Below the pieces are notes generated by a model. That model was not told the DNA's origin, did no database searches, and worked only from the letters and a program-made list of their open reading frames with translations. From assembly GCA_041738675.1 (NCBI GenBank), contig JBGSPH010000059.1, forward strand, positions 30,086-94,085: DNA of 64,000 nucleotides. Reading direction: 5' to 3'. This stretch comes from Ignavibacteriaceae bacterium (GTDB taxonomy: Bacteria; Bacteroidota; Ignavibacteria; Ignavibacteriales; Ignavibacteriaceae). This document shows positions 1-9,107 of this stretch, piece by piece (within the stretch, counting starts at the first letter, position 1; the number at the start of each line of letters is the position of its first letter). Made by a program: the position numbers and the translations under genes.

Positions 1-1170
1 ACGAATCAGTTTTAATATCGGTTTCATTTGTTCTTCTGTTGCACCACTATCCCAGGCAACTTTTGCTTCGATGTGAGCAGCTGCTAATGTTTTCTCAGCT
101 ATTCTTCTTATCTCTTCAATTCTATCCTGCCTATCGTAAACATCCTGCATCACTCTATTAGTATCCTCACGGTGGCAAACCTGGCAGGTGTTAGCAATAT
201 TGTTCAATGGAGATTGAATGTGATGATCTGTAAACTTAACTCCGCCTTCTGATTTGTACGGCATATGGCAATCCGAGCAGGAAACTCCGCGAATAGCATG
301 GATGCCTGTCATAAATAATTCAAAATCCGGATGCTGTGCTTTTAGCATTGGTGCTCTGCTGAGTGCGTGTGTCCAATCAGAAAATTCTATTTCATCAAAG
401 TATGCTTCCATATCATCTGCACTAAAACCTTTATCCCAAGGAAAAGTTAAATACTTTTCTTCTTTACCTTTGAAGTAATATTCAACGTGGCATTGTGCAC
501 AAACAAGTGAACGCATTTCCTGTCTTGAAAATTCACTCATGTCTATTCCCTGTCTCTGGTATGCTTCGATAAGTGCAGGACGGGTAATTCTTAAGTTCAT
601 TGTTCTCGGATCGTGGCAATCCTGGCATCCAATAGGATTGACTATCTCTGAACCAAGATCAGTCCACTTTTTCTTGTAGAAATTAGCGGCACCTATTTCA
701 TTCATAACTCTTGGTACGTCTGTGCTTTTGCATGTCCAGCAAGTAGCAGGCATTGGACTATTTTCATTATCTCCGGTGCGTAAAATATTTCTAATATCTT
801 CAATCGCATGACCGTGACCTCTGCCCTGATTGTATTCTTTTGAAAAAGCATAACCAGCCCACATCACAACAAGTTCAGGATATTTTTCAAGATAATCTAT
901 CTTTTTTGATCCGCCATGTTTGCTTGCAAAATCTGTTCGCAAAGTTTTAAGATATGATTCAAACTCCCGTGGATAATTTTCTCCCCAAACCTCATTACGA
1001 GGTTCCCAATCATTTATTGGTTTTACAATTTGCAGTGTTGCGGATTCACTTCTTCTTTCAATTATAGACGAGGCGAACAATCCGACTAAAAAAACTACCA
1101 CTGCGGTTGCAAAGAACAATAACCATCCTAACCATGGCTTGTTTTTTACTACTTCACTAATTGGTCTCAT
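1..1170 (-). CDS. nrfA: Pentaheme cytochrome c nitrite reductase NrfA (first 390 codons; 3' end runs off the window)
   Basis: My own translation from ATG at 1170 gives MRPISEVVKNKPWLGWLLFFATAVVVFLVG (membrane anchor). It then shows PATCWTCKST (CxxCK lysine-ligated heme, nt 727-741) and four CxxCH motifs (CQDCH, CAQCH, CSDCH, CQVCH). The frame stays open to nt 1. It lies directly downstream of nrfH and is absent from the ORF track only because it is truncated. Confidence 0.9.
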   Translation of the reverse strand, partial: MRPISEVVKNKPWLGWLLFFATAVVVFLVGLFASSIIERRSESATLQIVKPINDWEPRNEVWGENYPREFESYLKTLRTDFASKHGGSKKIDYLEKYPELVVMWAGYAFSKEYNQGRGHGHAIEDIRNILRTGDNENSPMPATCWTCKSTDVPRVMNEIGAANFYKKKWTDLGSEIVNPIGCQDCHDPRTMNLRITRPALIEAYQRQGIDMSEFSRQEMRSLVCAQCHVEYYFKGKEEKYLTFPWDKGFSADDMEAYFDEIEFSDWTHALSRAPMLKAQHPDFELFMTGIHAIRGVSCSDCHMPYKSEGGVKFTDHHIQSPLNNIANTCQVCHREDTNRVMQDVYDRQDRIEEIRRIAEKTLAAAHIEAKVAWDSGATEEQMKPILKLIR

Positions 1171-1198
1171 AACTTTATTCCAAATGATTTATTAATAA

Positions 1199-1789
1199 TT
1201 AATTCTTTTTTAGTCCTAAACTTTTCTCTAACCACTCCGGCACATGTGAGGTTAAAACGGGAACTCTTGCATATGGAGTTGAAGATAAACTATTAACCCT
1301 TCCGTGAGGAACTTCCCTATGACAATCCCAACAGTAGCCATCACCTTCTTCCTGAATTTTTTGATTACTTATTGCTCTTACAGAAATAGGATGTATTGTT
1401 TCGGAGTGGCAGCGAATGCAATTCTGCTGCACCGCAGTCTTACCAGCTTGCTTAATTTGTATCACTTGAGGTTCTAAACGAAAAGTAAACATAAATGAAT
1501 GGCGCATTCCGTCTGTTGCTTTAAAGTAATACTTTTTTAAAATGTTATCCTGCGGTACGTGACAATCATTACAAACCGTGACCCGGGCATGACTGCTTCG
1601 TTCCCACGTAGCATATTGCGGATTCATAACATGACAATTGATACAAGCTTCCGGTTTATCTGATAAATAAGAAGTTGCTCTTCCAACATGCAGAGCAAAG
1701 AAAAATAGGCCTGCTAAAATACCAAGACTGAATAAAACCGGGACTTTCCATTTGGGTGGCGGTTTGATTTTATCTATTACTTTTTTCAT
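1199..1789 (-). CDS. nrfH: Tetraheme NapC/NirT-family quinol dehydrogenase NrfH
   Basis: It has an N-terminal TM helix and four CxxCH motifs (CINCH, CNDCH, CIRCH, CWDCH). The 196-aa size and position upstream of nrfA fit. Confidence 0.9.
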   Translation of the reverse strand: MKKVIDKIKPPPKWKVPVLFSLGILAGLFFFALHVGRATSYLSDKPEACINCHVMNPQYATWERSSHARVTVCNDCHVPQDNILKKYYFKATDGMRHSFMFTFRLEPQVIQIKQAGKTAVQQNCIRCHSETIHPISVRAISNQKIQEEGDGYCWDCHREVPHGRVNSLSSTPYARVPVLTSHVPEWLEKSLGLKKN

Positions 1790-1807
1790 AGTTGAATGTA
1801 TTTGGTG

Positions 1808-2281
1808 TTATTTTGTTTTACAGGAATTTTTTGACGGTCTTGTTTGATCAAATTTTTGTTTTAATATTTTAAGTTCTTCTTCACTAAGTACCTGCGGGAT
1901 TGTTTCAAATAAATTTCTTTCTTCTTTTCTTATGTGCGATTCCAGCAGGTGCCCGATCTTATCCATATTATCCATTAAAGAATCATCATCGTCCAACGAA
2001 AGTATACTACTCTTTAAAATCTTATGTTCAGATAGAATTTCAGTCACCAGTTCATCAATATATTTACTCCTGCCCTTTAAATATGGAAAAACAAATTCTT
2101 CCTCTTCTCTAAAGTGCCGATCAAGTTCATTTTTATAGAGTTCTTTTGCATAATTCATTTTGCCGATCGGATCTGTTGGCAGACCTTTATATTCCGGAGC
2201 ATTCTTTTTTAATAGTTGGGCGAGCATTAAGCCTTTCTTATGATCGCGTGATAAAGGAATTAGTGCCGGGTGTCTTTTCAT
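1808..2281 (-). CDS. Hemerythrin-like (HHE cation-binding) domain protein
   Basis: The pattern is LSRDHKKGL...LDRHFREEEEFVFP...LSEHKIL...LLESHIRKEERNLF, with His/Glu ligands spaced as in hemerythrin-type four-helix bundles. Its stop is 18 nt upstream of the nrfH start. Confidence 0.65.
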   Translation of the reverse strand: MKRHPALIPLSRDHKKGLMLAQLLKKNAPEYKGLPTDPIGKMNYAKELYKNELDRHFREEEEFVFPYLKGRSKYIDELVTEILSEHKILKSSILSLDDDDSLMDNMDKIGHLLESHIRKEERNLFETIPQVLSEEELKILKQKFDQTRPSKNSCKTK

Positions 2282-2295
2282 AATTTTCTTGTGTC

Positions 2296-2375
2296 ATGCT
2301 GAATTTATTTCAGCATCTTTCATATAAGAGTCAGACCCTGAAACAAGCCTGTCTGCCGACAGGCAGGTTCAGGGT
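2296..2375. repeat. Two adjacent hairpin elements of the GTCAYNCYGAR family
   Basis: The first hairpin is ATGCTGAA-tttat-TTCAGCAT (2296-2316). The second is nested: ACCCTGAA..CCTGTCtgccGACAGG..TTCAGGGT (2335-2375). They lie between the polyferredoxin stop and the hemerythrin start. Confidence 0.6.
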
Positions 2376-2380
2376 GACAA

Positions 2381-3619
2381 CTATTTATTATTTAATTGTT
2401 TATTCTTCATCTCAACTTCTTCATTCAGCTTTTTAAATTCTTTTGTACCTGTTGGATGACCGTAACTGTTCATCAATTTGTAGTGCTTTAAATATTCTTC
2501 TCTGGTGACGTTATTTTGCCAATTACCTGTTAACATTGCAAATCCAGTTACTAGCATAAAGATTGAAACAACTCCGATTGCAACCATTTTTTTACTGATC
2601 TTTTTCCTTCCCGGTAAAATTGTTTTCAGTTCCAAAGTATCTTTAACGGGACAAACATCAACGCAATTCAAACAAGTAGAACATTCATCAGAAATAACTG
2701 TTTTTACTTTATCCACTTTTATAAAAGATGGACAAGCTTTGTTGCAAAGTCCGCAATCGATACAACTTGCTGCATTTCGCTGAATTTTATTTGGGCTCAG
2801 CAAAGAAAATATTCCAAGCAATGCACCATAAGGACAAAGAAATCTGCACCAGAAATTTCTAATCACAACAGAAAGAACAAACAAAACTCCAATAACAATT
2901 AAAGCAGTTTGAGAAATATTTGCAAAGAAGTAATACATCTTAACATCTGAAACCTGATTATACGGACTATCAAGAAATGATTTAAGCGCCAATTCAGACA
3001 TCAGAAATATAACAGAGTATGCTAAAAATCCAAGTAATAAATACTTTAAACTTCGTAAAGGATAATCCAGCCACTTTGGAAGTTTTAATCTGCGTTTAAA
3101 AAACTTTTCTCCAAAATCTCCAACTAATTCTGAAATAAATCCAATTGGGCAAAACCAACTGCAAAATGATTTACCAAAAACCAATGACATTAAAACGATA
3201 GAAAGAAAAATAAAAAATCCTGCAGGATGTGCTGAATGAATTTCTCCTGTAGTTAAGAAAAGATAAAAACTCATAAAAGAGCTGATTGGAAGAAATCCAT
3301 CCACGCCGGGTGGGCGTGAATAAAAAGCAGTTGCGCCGTTTGTAACTAAGTATTGATTGAAAAGATAAAACTCAACTCCAATCCAAACACAAAGTGCAGC
3401 AAAAACTGATTGAACAATAAATCTTGTTTTCTGAATCCCCTTTTCATCGTTACGAATTATTCTGGTCTTTGATATTTTGATTGCGTCATTTCGATCCCGA
3501 TTTATCGGGAGAGAAATCTTTTTCTCTTTTAGTTGTAAAGATTTCTCACTCGAAGACTCATTCGAAATGACCTCTTCAGCAGCTTCTTTATAATTTTCAA
3601 TTAAGTTTGAATGTTTCAT
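2381..3619 (-). CDS. Membrane-bound polyferredoxin, NapH/MauN/NosR-like 4Fe-4S protein
   Basis: It has multiple TM helices, two CxxxCP-type membrane motifs (CSWFCPIG, CRFLCPYG) and two classical 4Fe-4S motifs (CIDCGLCNKACP, CSTCLNCVDVCP). Confidence 0.75.
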   Translation of the reverse strand: MKHSNLIENYKEAAEEVISNESSSEKSLQLKEKKISLPINRDRNDAIKISKTRIIRNDEKGIQKTRFIVQSVFAALCVWIGVEFYLFNQYLVTNGATAFYSRPPGVDGFLPISSFMSFYLFLTTGEIHSAHPAGFFIFLSIVLMSLVFGKSFCSWFCPIGFISELVGDFGEKFFKRRLKLPKWLDYPLRSLKYLLLGFLAYSVIFLMSELALKSFLDSPYNQVSDVKMYYFFANISQTALIVIGVLFVLSVVIRNFWCRFLCPYGALLGIFSLLSPNKIQRNAASCIDCGLCNKACPSFIKVDKVKTVISDECSTCLNCVDVCPVKDTLELKTILPGRKKISKKMVAIGVVSIFMLVTGFAMLTGNWQNNVTREEYLKHYKLMNSYGHPTGTKEFKKLNEEVEMKNKQLNNK

Positions 3620-3627
3620 ATTTTTAG

Positions 3628-3647
3628 ATCAGATTATAAAGTCTGAT
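3628..3647 (-). promoter_or_regulatory. Palindrome ATCAGA-N8-TCTGAT, 8 nt upstream of the polyferredoxin start codon (candidate Rrf2 operator or 5'-UTR hairpin)
   Basis: The sequence is ATCAGATTATAAAGTCTGAT(TA). Both arms are identical to the site at 4097-4120. Confidence 0.45.
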
Positions 3648-3663
3648 TATCTAATAAAAAATT

Positions 3664-4092
3664 TTATATTCTAATTTTGTTCAAAGTTTTTTCTTTGAAC
3701 TTATCAATCGTTTCTGAACTTAGCATTTCATACGCTTTAGTTCGTAATTCCCCCCATTGATGGTGAACTGGACAGGGTTTATCAGGTGAACAATGTGGAA
3801 ATCCCAGCACACACGAATTAAAACTATCTAAACCATCAATCGCTTCAACGATACTTATTAATTTTATTTTAGATGGATGCTTTGCAAGTTTAAATCCGCC
3901 GGATTTACCTTTTTTAGATTCTACGATTCCGCTTTCAGTTAAGCTTTGGAGTATTTTAGATATGAATTCTTTGGGTATGTTTAGTTGTTTAGAAATCTCT
4001 TCAGCGGGACAAACACATTCTTCATCACGAGCAGCCATAAATAGAACTGCCTGTAATCCATATTCACATTTTTTTGAAAAAAATACTGTCAT
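3664..4092 (-). CDS. Rrf2-family transcriptional regulator (NsrR/IscR-like, three-Cys cluster motif)
   Basis: The N-terminal wHTH reads KCEYGLQAVLFMA...ISKQLNIPKEFISKILQSL..GIVESKKGKSGGFKL. The C-terminal CVLGFPHCSPDKPC carries three cysteines. Confidence 0.85.
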   Translation of the reverse strand: MTVFFSKKCEYGLQAVLFMAARDEECVCPAEEISKQLNIPKEFISKILQSLTESGIVESKKGKSGGFKLAKHPSKIKLISIVEAIDGLDSFNSCVLGFPHCSPDKPCPVHHQWGELRTKAYEMLSSETIDKFKEKTLNKIRI

Positions 4093-4096
4093 TTCC

Positions 4097-4120
4097 TAAT
4101 CAGATAAAATTGTCTGATTA
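4097..4120 (-). promoter_or_regulatory. Palindrome TAATCAGA-N8-TCTGATTA, 4 nt upstream of the Rrf2 start codon (candidate autoregulatory operator or 5'-UTR hairpin)
   Basis: It has perfect 8-bp inverted arms. The sequence ATCAGATAAAATTGTCTGATTA matches 3628-3649 in 16 of 22 positions, with all differences in the central spacer. Confidence 0.45.
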
Positions 4121-4171
4121 AAATTAACGCATAAATGTTAAACTGTCAAGCTAGAGAATTGTCAAATAATA

Positions 4172-6058
4172 TCAATTTGCTTCTATTAAATCTATAAATC
4201 TTGCTGTCTCATTAGATATGAACTCAGATTCGCTCTTCAATTGTTTAACAAATTTATTTTCATCAAATTTTCCTCTTACATTTTCAAAATCTTTTTCCCT
4301 TACTTCGTCATCTACATCCAAACCAAATCCTATTTGGCTAACCTGATCAAATTCTTTCTCAGCATCTTTAAGAATCATATTATTAAGCTTGATGCTGTTA
4401 TCCCGCCAATCAGAAATTATCTGAACCAACTGGGCTCTGCTTAATTCATCAATTTTTGTATCAGTTCTTTTTTCTATCAGATTAGCACACCAAGCCCAGC
4501 TTGCTGATATGTATTTTTCATTTAGCTTTTGTAACTCTTCAGTTAAAGTGTCAAGATCCTTAATGCCTTTATCCCTTATTGATTCGATTAAGCTATCATA
4601 ATCCTTTTTGCTGATAAACATTCCCGCAGCATCTACCCACTTTTCGCTGTAAAGTGCCGGATCATATTTTAATAAAGATTTTATTTTCTCAAAGTCATTC
4701 TCATCAAATATTCTTTTAAGTAATTCCTGTCCGATATAAATCTTAATTGCAATTTCATAATATTTAGTACACGTTTTAAGCAGCAATCGTTTGATGTTTA
4801 ATCCTTTGTAAGAGACATACTCCTGTTCTTTATTAGCTTTCTCAAGTAGTTCTTTCATCCTTTTTGAACCTTCGAGTATCTTACCAATGATATAGGGATT
4901 AAGAAGTTCGAAGCTGATAATATCGTACTTCAATACGTCTTTTCGTCTATCTCGAGTAGGCCATTTCTCACTGTCTCTTCTGGTTCCGACTGTAAAAAGA
5001 TTCATAGCAGGAGTGAGAATACTTTTCCCATCTTCTTCATTGATATAGGAGAAAGGAAATTCGCTTGCATCAAAATTTGTATAGTGCTTTCCGATCACAA
5101 CACTGAAAGCACCAACTCGAGACGGCCAGAGCATATAAGAAAATGATCCTGTCTTTGCCCCTCTTTCTAGAATTCCCTGATGTAATGGGCCAAGTTTGTA
5201 CATGTGATTACTTTGATTTGTACCGCTGCCTGCATTGTAAAATGAGAACATTGCAGCAATAAGCAATGTGGATTTATGATGTGTAACAGTATAGGGCCCT
5301 GCAAAAACACTTACCGCCTCACCATGAAATCCTTCACAGTTTGAAAAGAATACACAATTCTCTGCTGAATATTGTTTTCCAATTTTCACTCCCTGCCCGA
5401 TAAAACAATTTTCAATTAAAGCTCCATCTGTAACGGATGAACCTGATTGTATTATAAAATGTTTTGCAATCACACTGTTTCCAATTTTAACCGGGTCATC
5501 TTTACTGCTGAGTATGGTGCCTTCAAATAGATCGGTTACTCCTTCAAGAATTGCTGAGTTTTCTATCAAAACATTTTTAATTGTTACGCAATTTTTTATT
5601 ACGGATCCTTGTCCAATTTTACCGATGTTTGATTTTTTTGATGCGAAATAATTTTCAATTATCTCCGTTAACGATTTGATGAATTCAAAATCATGCCTGC
5701 AGGTTACCATCAGATAAGCTATTTGTGCAGATAATTTATCATAAAGCAATAATTCCCTTCCACCACCTTCATTAAGTATGCTGATGCTGGTTCCATTACC
5801 AAAATATGTATCGCAATTAACAGTTAGGCTGCCAATATTTTCGAGAACTACATCATTTTCAATCACGTAATTTGAAAGTTTTTTTATATCCTGAATTCTG
5901 ACATTATTACCAATAAAAATTTCATCACTGAAATTTACGTTTCTAATTAACTCAATATTAAAATCATCCGATACATTTATCTTCTTCCAATCTTCCGCAA
6001 TACATCCTCTTTTTTCTAAGTTATTAATTTCTCCCGGATTTAATTTTCTGTATTTCAT
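4172..6058 (-). CDS. Large left-handed beta-helix-like repeat protein with helical C-terminal half (DUF4954-like by recollection)
   Basis: The N-terminus is MKYRKLNPGEINNLEKRGCIAEDWKKINV. Many hexapeptide-like runs follow (IGNNVRIQD, IGQGSVIKNCVTIKNVLIENSAILEG, IENCFIGQGVKIG). The family name is from memory and was not searched. Confidence 0.45.
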   Translation of the reverse strand: MKYRKLNPGEINNLEKRGCIAEDWKKINVSDDFNIELIRNVNFSDEIFIGNNVRIQDIKKLSNYVIENDVVLENIGSLTVNCDTYFGNGTSISILNEGGGRELLLYDKLSAQIAYLMVTCRHDFEFIKSLTEIIENYFASKKSNIGKIGQGSVIKNCVTIKNVLIENSAILEGVTDLFEGTILSSKDDPVKIGNSVIAKHFIIQSGSSVTDGALIENCFIGQGVKIGKQYSAENCVFFSNCEGFHGEAVSVFAGPYTVTHHKSTLLIAAMFSFYNAGSGTNQSNHMYKLGPLHQGILERGAKTGSFSYMLWPSRVGAFSVVIGKHYTNFDASEFPFSYINEEDGKSILTPAMNLFTVGTRRDSEKWPTRDRRKDVLKYDIISFELLNPYIIGKILEGSKRMKELLEKANKEQEYVSYKGLNIKRLLLKTCTKYYEIAIKIYIGQELLKRIFDENDFEKIKSLLKYDPALYSEKWVDAAGMFISKKDYDSLIESIRDKGIKDLDTLTEELQKLNEKYISASWAWCANLIEKRTDTKIDELSRAQLVQIISDWRDNSIKLNNMILKDAEKEFDQVSQIGFGLDVDDEVREKDFENVRGKFDENKFVKQLKSESEFISNETARFIDLIEAN

Positions 6059-6131
6059 TGTATCCTCTTCAAATTTGCCAATGCAAAAAAGATAATCTCA
6101 ATTAACAGTAGATGAAAAACTCAGACACTAA

Positions 6132-6941
6132 TTACACAATTGGTAATTCACTTAAAGTATGGCTTTCAATTTCTCTAAAGTACTTTACTGTTCCAACTTT
6201 TAATTCCAAAGTTGATTCTTCATCACAAGCGATAATGCCGTGGGGATGAAGCTGCATCATAGAAACCGTCCACATATGATTCACACCTTCTTCAACAGCC
6301 ATTCTTAATGCACGCGCTTTACTGTAACCGCTTACTATTATCAGAACTTCTCTGGCATCCATAACTGTTCCAACACCAACAGTTAAAGCAGTTTTAGGAA
6401 CTTTATTAACATCATTGCCAAAGAATCTTGCATTTGCAAGTCTTGTGTCATAAGTAAGAGTTTTAATCCGTGTTCTTGAGGAAAGGGATGATGCGGGTTC
6501 GTTGAAAGCTATATGACCATCTGCACCAATACCACCTAAGAAGAAATCGATACCCCCAAATGATTTTATTTTTTCTTCATACAAATGACACTCTTTCTCA
6601 AGATCTTTTGCATTTCCATTCAGGATGTTGATATTTTCTTTCGGGATATCTATATGACTGAATAAATGCTGCCACATAAAATAGTGATAGCTCTCAGGGT
6701 GATCTTCTGATATATCAACATACTCATCCATATTAAACGTAACTACATTTTGAAATGAAACCTTACCTTCATTATGAAGTGCAACTAACTCGGCATAAGT
6801 ACCGATTGGCGAGGAGCCGGTTGGTAATCCCAATATATAAGGCTTTTCTTTTGTCGGTTTTGCATGATTAATTTTTCCTGCAACGTAATGAGCAACCCAT
6901 TTACTTAGCGACTGATAATTATCATAAATTAAAATTCTCAT
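6132..6941 (-). CDS. nagB: Glucosamine-6-phosphate deaminase
   Basis: Motifs [20 protein letters not shown] and [13 protein letters not shown] are present, and the 269-aa size is typical. Confidence 0.9.
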   Translation of the reverse strand: MRILIYDNYQSLSKWVAHYVAGKINHAKPTKEKPYILGLPTGSSPIGTYAELVALHNEGKVSFQNVVTFNMDEYVDISEDHPESYHYFMWQHLFSHIDIPKENINILNGNAKDLEKECHLYEEKIKSFGGIDFFLGGIGADGHIAFNEPASSLSSRTRIKTLTYDTRLANARFFGNDVNKVPKTALTVGVGTVMDAREVLIIVSGYSKARALRMAVEEGVNHMWTVSMMQLHPHGIIACDEESTLELKVGTVKYFREIESHTLSELPIV

Positions 6942-6962
6942 GTTACACTCCTGTAAAAATTG

Positions 6963-9098
6963 TTAAAGCATAATTTTTGTGTCGGCAACGAAACTGCCAC
7001 TGCCATCTTCAAGAACAATTAAGGGATTAATATCAAGCTCTTTAATCTGAGGACAATCAACAGCAAGCTGGGATAAACGCATAATACACTCTTTAATTGA
7101 ATTGATATCCCTTGGTATTCGTCCTCTTACACCGGAAAGAATTGCGGATGCTTTGGTCTCAGTAATTAAATTATCAACTGATTTTTTATCCAGCGGAGCA
7201 ATTCTGAAACTTACATCTTTGTATATCTCAACAAAAATTCCACCAAGACCAAACATTATAATAGGACCAAACGTAAGATCTCGTTTCAATCCTAAAATCA
7301 CTTCTTCACCTGGAGGTATCATTCTCCTGACAAAAACACCTTTTATATTTGCATCCGGTTTGTGCCTATTCACATTTTCAATAATTTTTTTATAAGATAA
7401 TGCCGCCTGATCTTTTGATTTGATATCAAGTATTACTCCTCCGACATCAAACTTATGTACAATATCATCAGACATAATTTTCATTACAACCGAATAACCA
7501 AGCAATTCAGATAGTTCTATTGCTTCTTTTTCAGATTTTGCCAATCCGCTTTTCAGCATTGGAAAATTATAAGCTTCAAGAACCTTAGCAGCTTCTTCTT
7601 CCGGTAAATATTTTTTACCCTCATTTATTGCATTGTTCAATATCAAATGAGCAGCTTCTTTCTTTACGTCATCAAAAGTGTCAGCCGGTTCTCTAATATC
7701 TTCGAGCATTTTTTTGAATTTATATGTAGTGGCAAATGAAATTGGCATTGATTCAGGAAGTATGTAATGAGGAATTTTATTCCGTTGAAGAATATCTATT
7801 CCTGCAGCAACATCTGCTTCACCCATAAATGATGTGTATATTGGTTTATCAAACTGACTTGCAAGATGGCTTATCTCAGTTGCAATATTTTCTATTTCAG
7901 TCATTGACTGAGGAGTTAGAATCACAAAGACACCATCAACATTTGCATCTTTTAATATGCTTGAAACTGCTACACTGTATCTGTCTGCTCGCGCATCACC
8001 AATAACATCAACAGGATTATTAATGTTTGCAGTTTTAGGAAGACTCTTTTTTAAGATACTGGTTGTTTCAGGGTTGAATTTTGGTAATTCCAATCCATAT
8101 TTAATTGCTGCGTCAGTGGTTAACACACCGGGGCCTCCGGCATTTGTAACTATAGCTATTCTATTGCTCTTAGGTAATGGCTGATAAGTAAATGCAATTG
8201 CTTTGTTAAACATCTCCTCAATATCATCACAACGAATTATTCCTGCTTGTTTAAAAGCAGCATCACATATCTCATCACTACCGGCTAGAGAACCCGTATG
8301 AGATGCCGCTGCAGAGGCTCCGGCACTGGTCCTTCCGGATTTTATTGCAAGGATTGGTTTTCCGGTTTGTTCAATTACTGTCCTTGCTGCTTTCATCAAT
8401 CCATGTCCCTCACTTATCTCTTCGAGATATAAGAGAATTACTTTTGTTTTAGGATCATCTTTAAGATAATAAAGCAAATCAATTTCACTTATGTCTGCTT
8501 TGTTACCAATACTAACAAACTTAGAAAATCCAATATGCTTAGCCTGTGCATAATCTAAAACAGCTGTGCATAAAGCACCACTTTGTGAAATGAATGCAAT
8601 GTTACCTTCTTCAGGCATTTTGCGCGCAAATGATGCATCAAGTTTTACAGATGGATCAGTATTAATTACACCAAGACAATTTGGTCCGATAAATGAAATT
8701 CCATACTTCTTTGCTATTTCTTTTATTTGCTCCTCTCTCTCAATTCCCTGCCCGCCAACTTCCTTAAATCCTGCAGAAATAATTATCGCACCCTTTATTC
8801 CTTTTTGCCCGCATTGTTCAAGTGCCATATGCATTACCGAACTAGGATAAACAATAACTGCTAAATCTACAGGATCTTCAATATCGATTACGTATTTGTA
8901 AGTTTTTATGGATGAGATATGGTTTTCTTTTGGATTGACGGGGTAAACAACTCCTTTAAATTCAGCTTTTAAAATGTTTACAAGAATATCGGCAGGTACA
9001 GTACCTTTTACTTTATTAGCACCAAGAACAGCAATTGATTGTGGATGAAATATTCTGTGAATATTTTTTATTTTATCAGAAATATTGTTGCTCATCAA
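6963..9098 (-). CDS. ADP-forming (NDP-forming) acyl-CoA/acetyl-CoA synthetase, fused alpha-beta type
   Basis: It has a CoA-binding N-terminus (IAVLGANKVKGT), a phosphohistidine loop (ASHTGSLAGS) and a C-terminal ATP-grasp region. No GNAT domain is present. Length is 711 aa. Confidence 0.85.
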   Translation of the reverse strand: MMSNNISDKIKNIHRIFHPQSIAVLGANKVKGTVPADILVNILKAEFKGVVYPVNPKENHISSIKTYKYVIDIEDPVDLAVIVYPSSVMHMALEQCGQKGIKGAIIISAGFKEVGGQGIEREEQIKEIAKKYGISFIGPNCLGVINTDPSVKLDASFARKMPEEGNIAFISQSGALCTAVLDYAQAKHIGFSKFVSIGNKADISEIDLLYYLKDDPKTKVILLYLEEISEGHGLMKAARTVIEQTGKPILAIKSGRTSAGASAAASHTGSLAGSDEICDAAFKQAGIIRCDDIEEMFNKAIAFTYQPLPKSNRIAIVTNAGGPGVLTTDAAIKYGLELPKFNPETTSILKKSLPKTANINNPVDVIGDARADRYSVAVSSILKDANVDGVFVILTPQSMTEIENIATEISHLASQFDKPIYTSFMGEADVAAGIDILQRNKIPHYILPESMPISFATTYKFKKMLEDIREPADTFDDVKKEAAHLILNNAINEGKKYLPEEEAAKVLEAYNFPMLKSGLAKSEKEAIELSELLGYSVVMKIMSDDIVHKFDVGGVILDIKSKDQAALSYKKIIENVNRHKPDANIKGVFVRRMIPPGEEVILGLKRDLTFGPIIMFGLGGIFVEIYKDVSFRIAPLDKKSVDNLITETKASAILSGVRGRIPRDINSIKECIMRLSQLAVDCPQIKELDINPLIVLEDGSGSFVADTKIML

Positions 9099-9107
9099 TT
9101 CTCCTAA

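Noticed and set aside
254-478. A plus-strand 74-aa ORF, and similar antisense ORFs elsewhere (for example 1900-2138, 2505-2783, 7102-7395, 7957-8184, 8566-8850, 11417-11851, 12641-12856, 26276-26632, 40794-41509, 58294-58683, 60448-61696).
   Set aside because: Each lies entirely inside and antisense to a long ORF with clear family motifs. They are low-complexity shadow frames of an AT-rich genome and carry no independent evidence.
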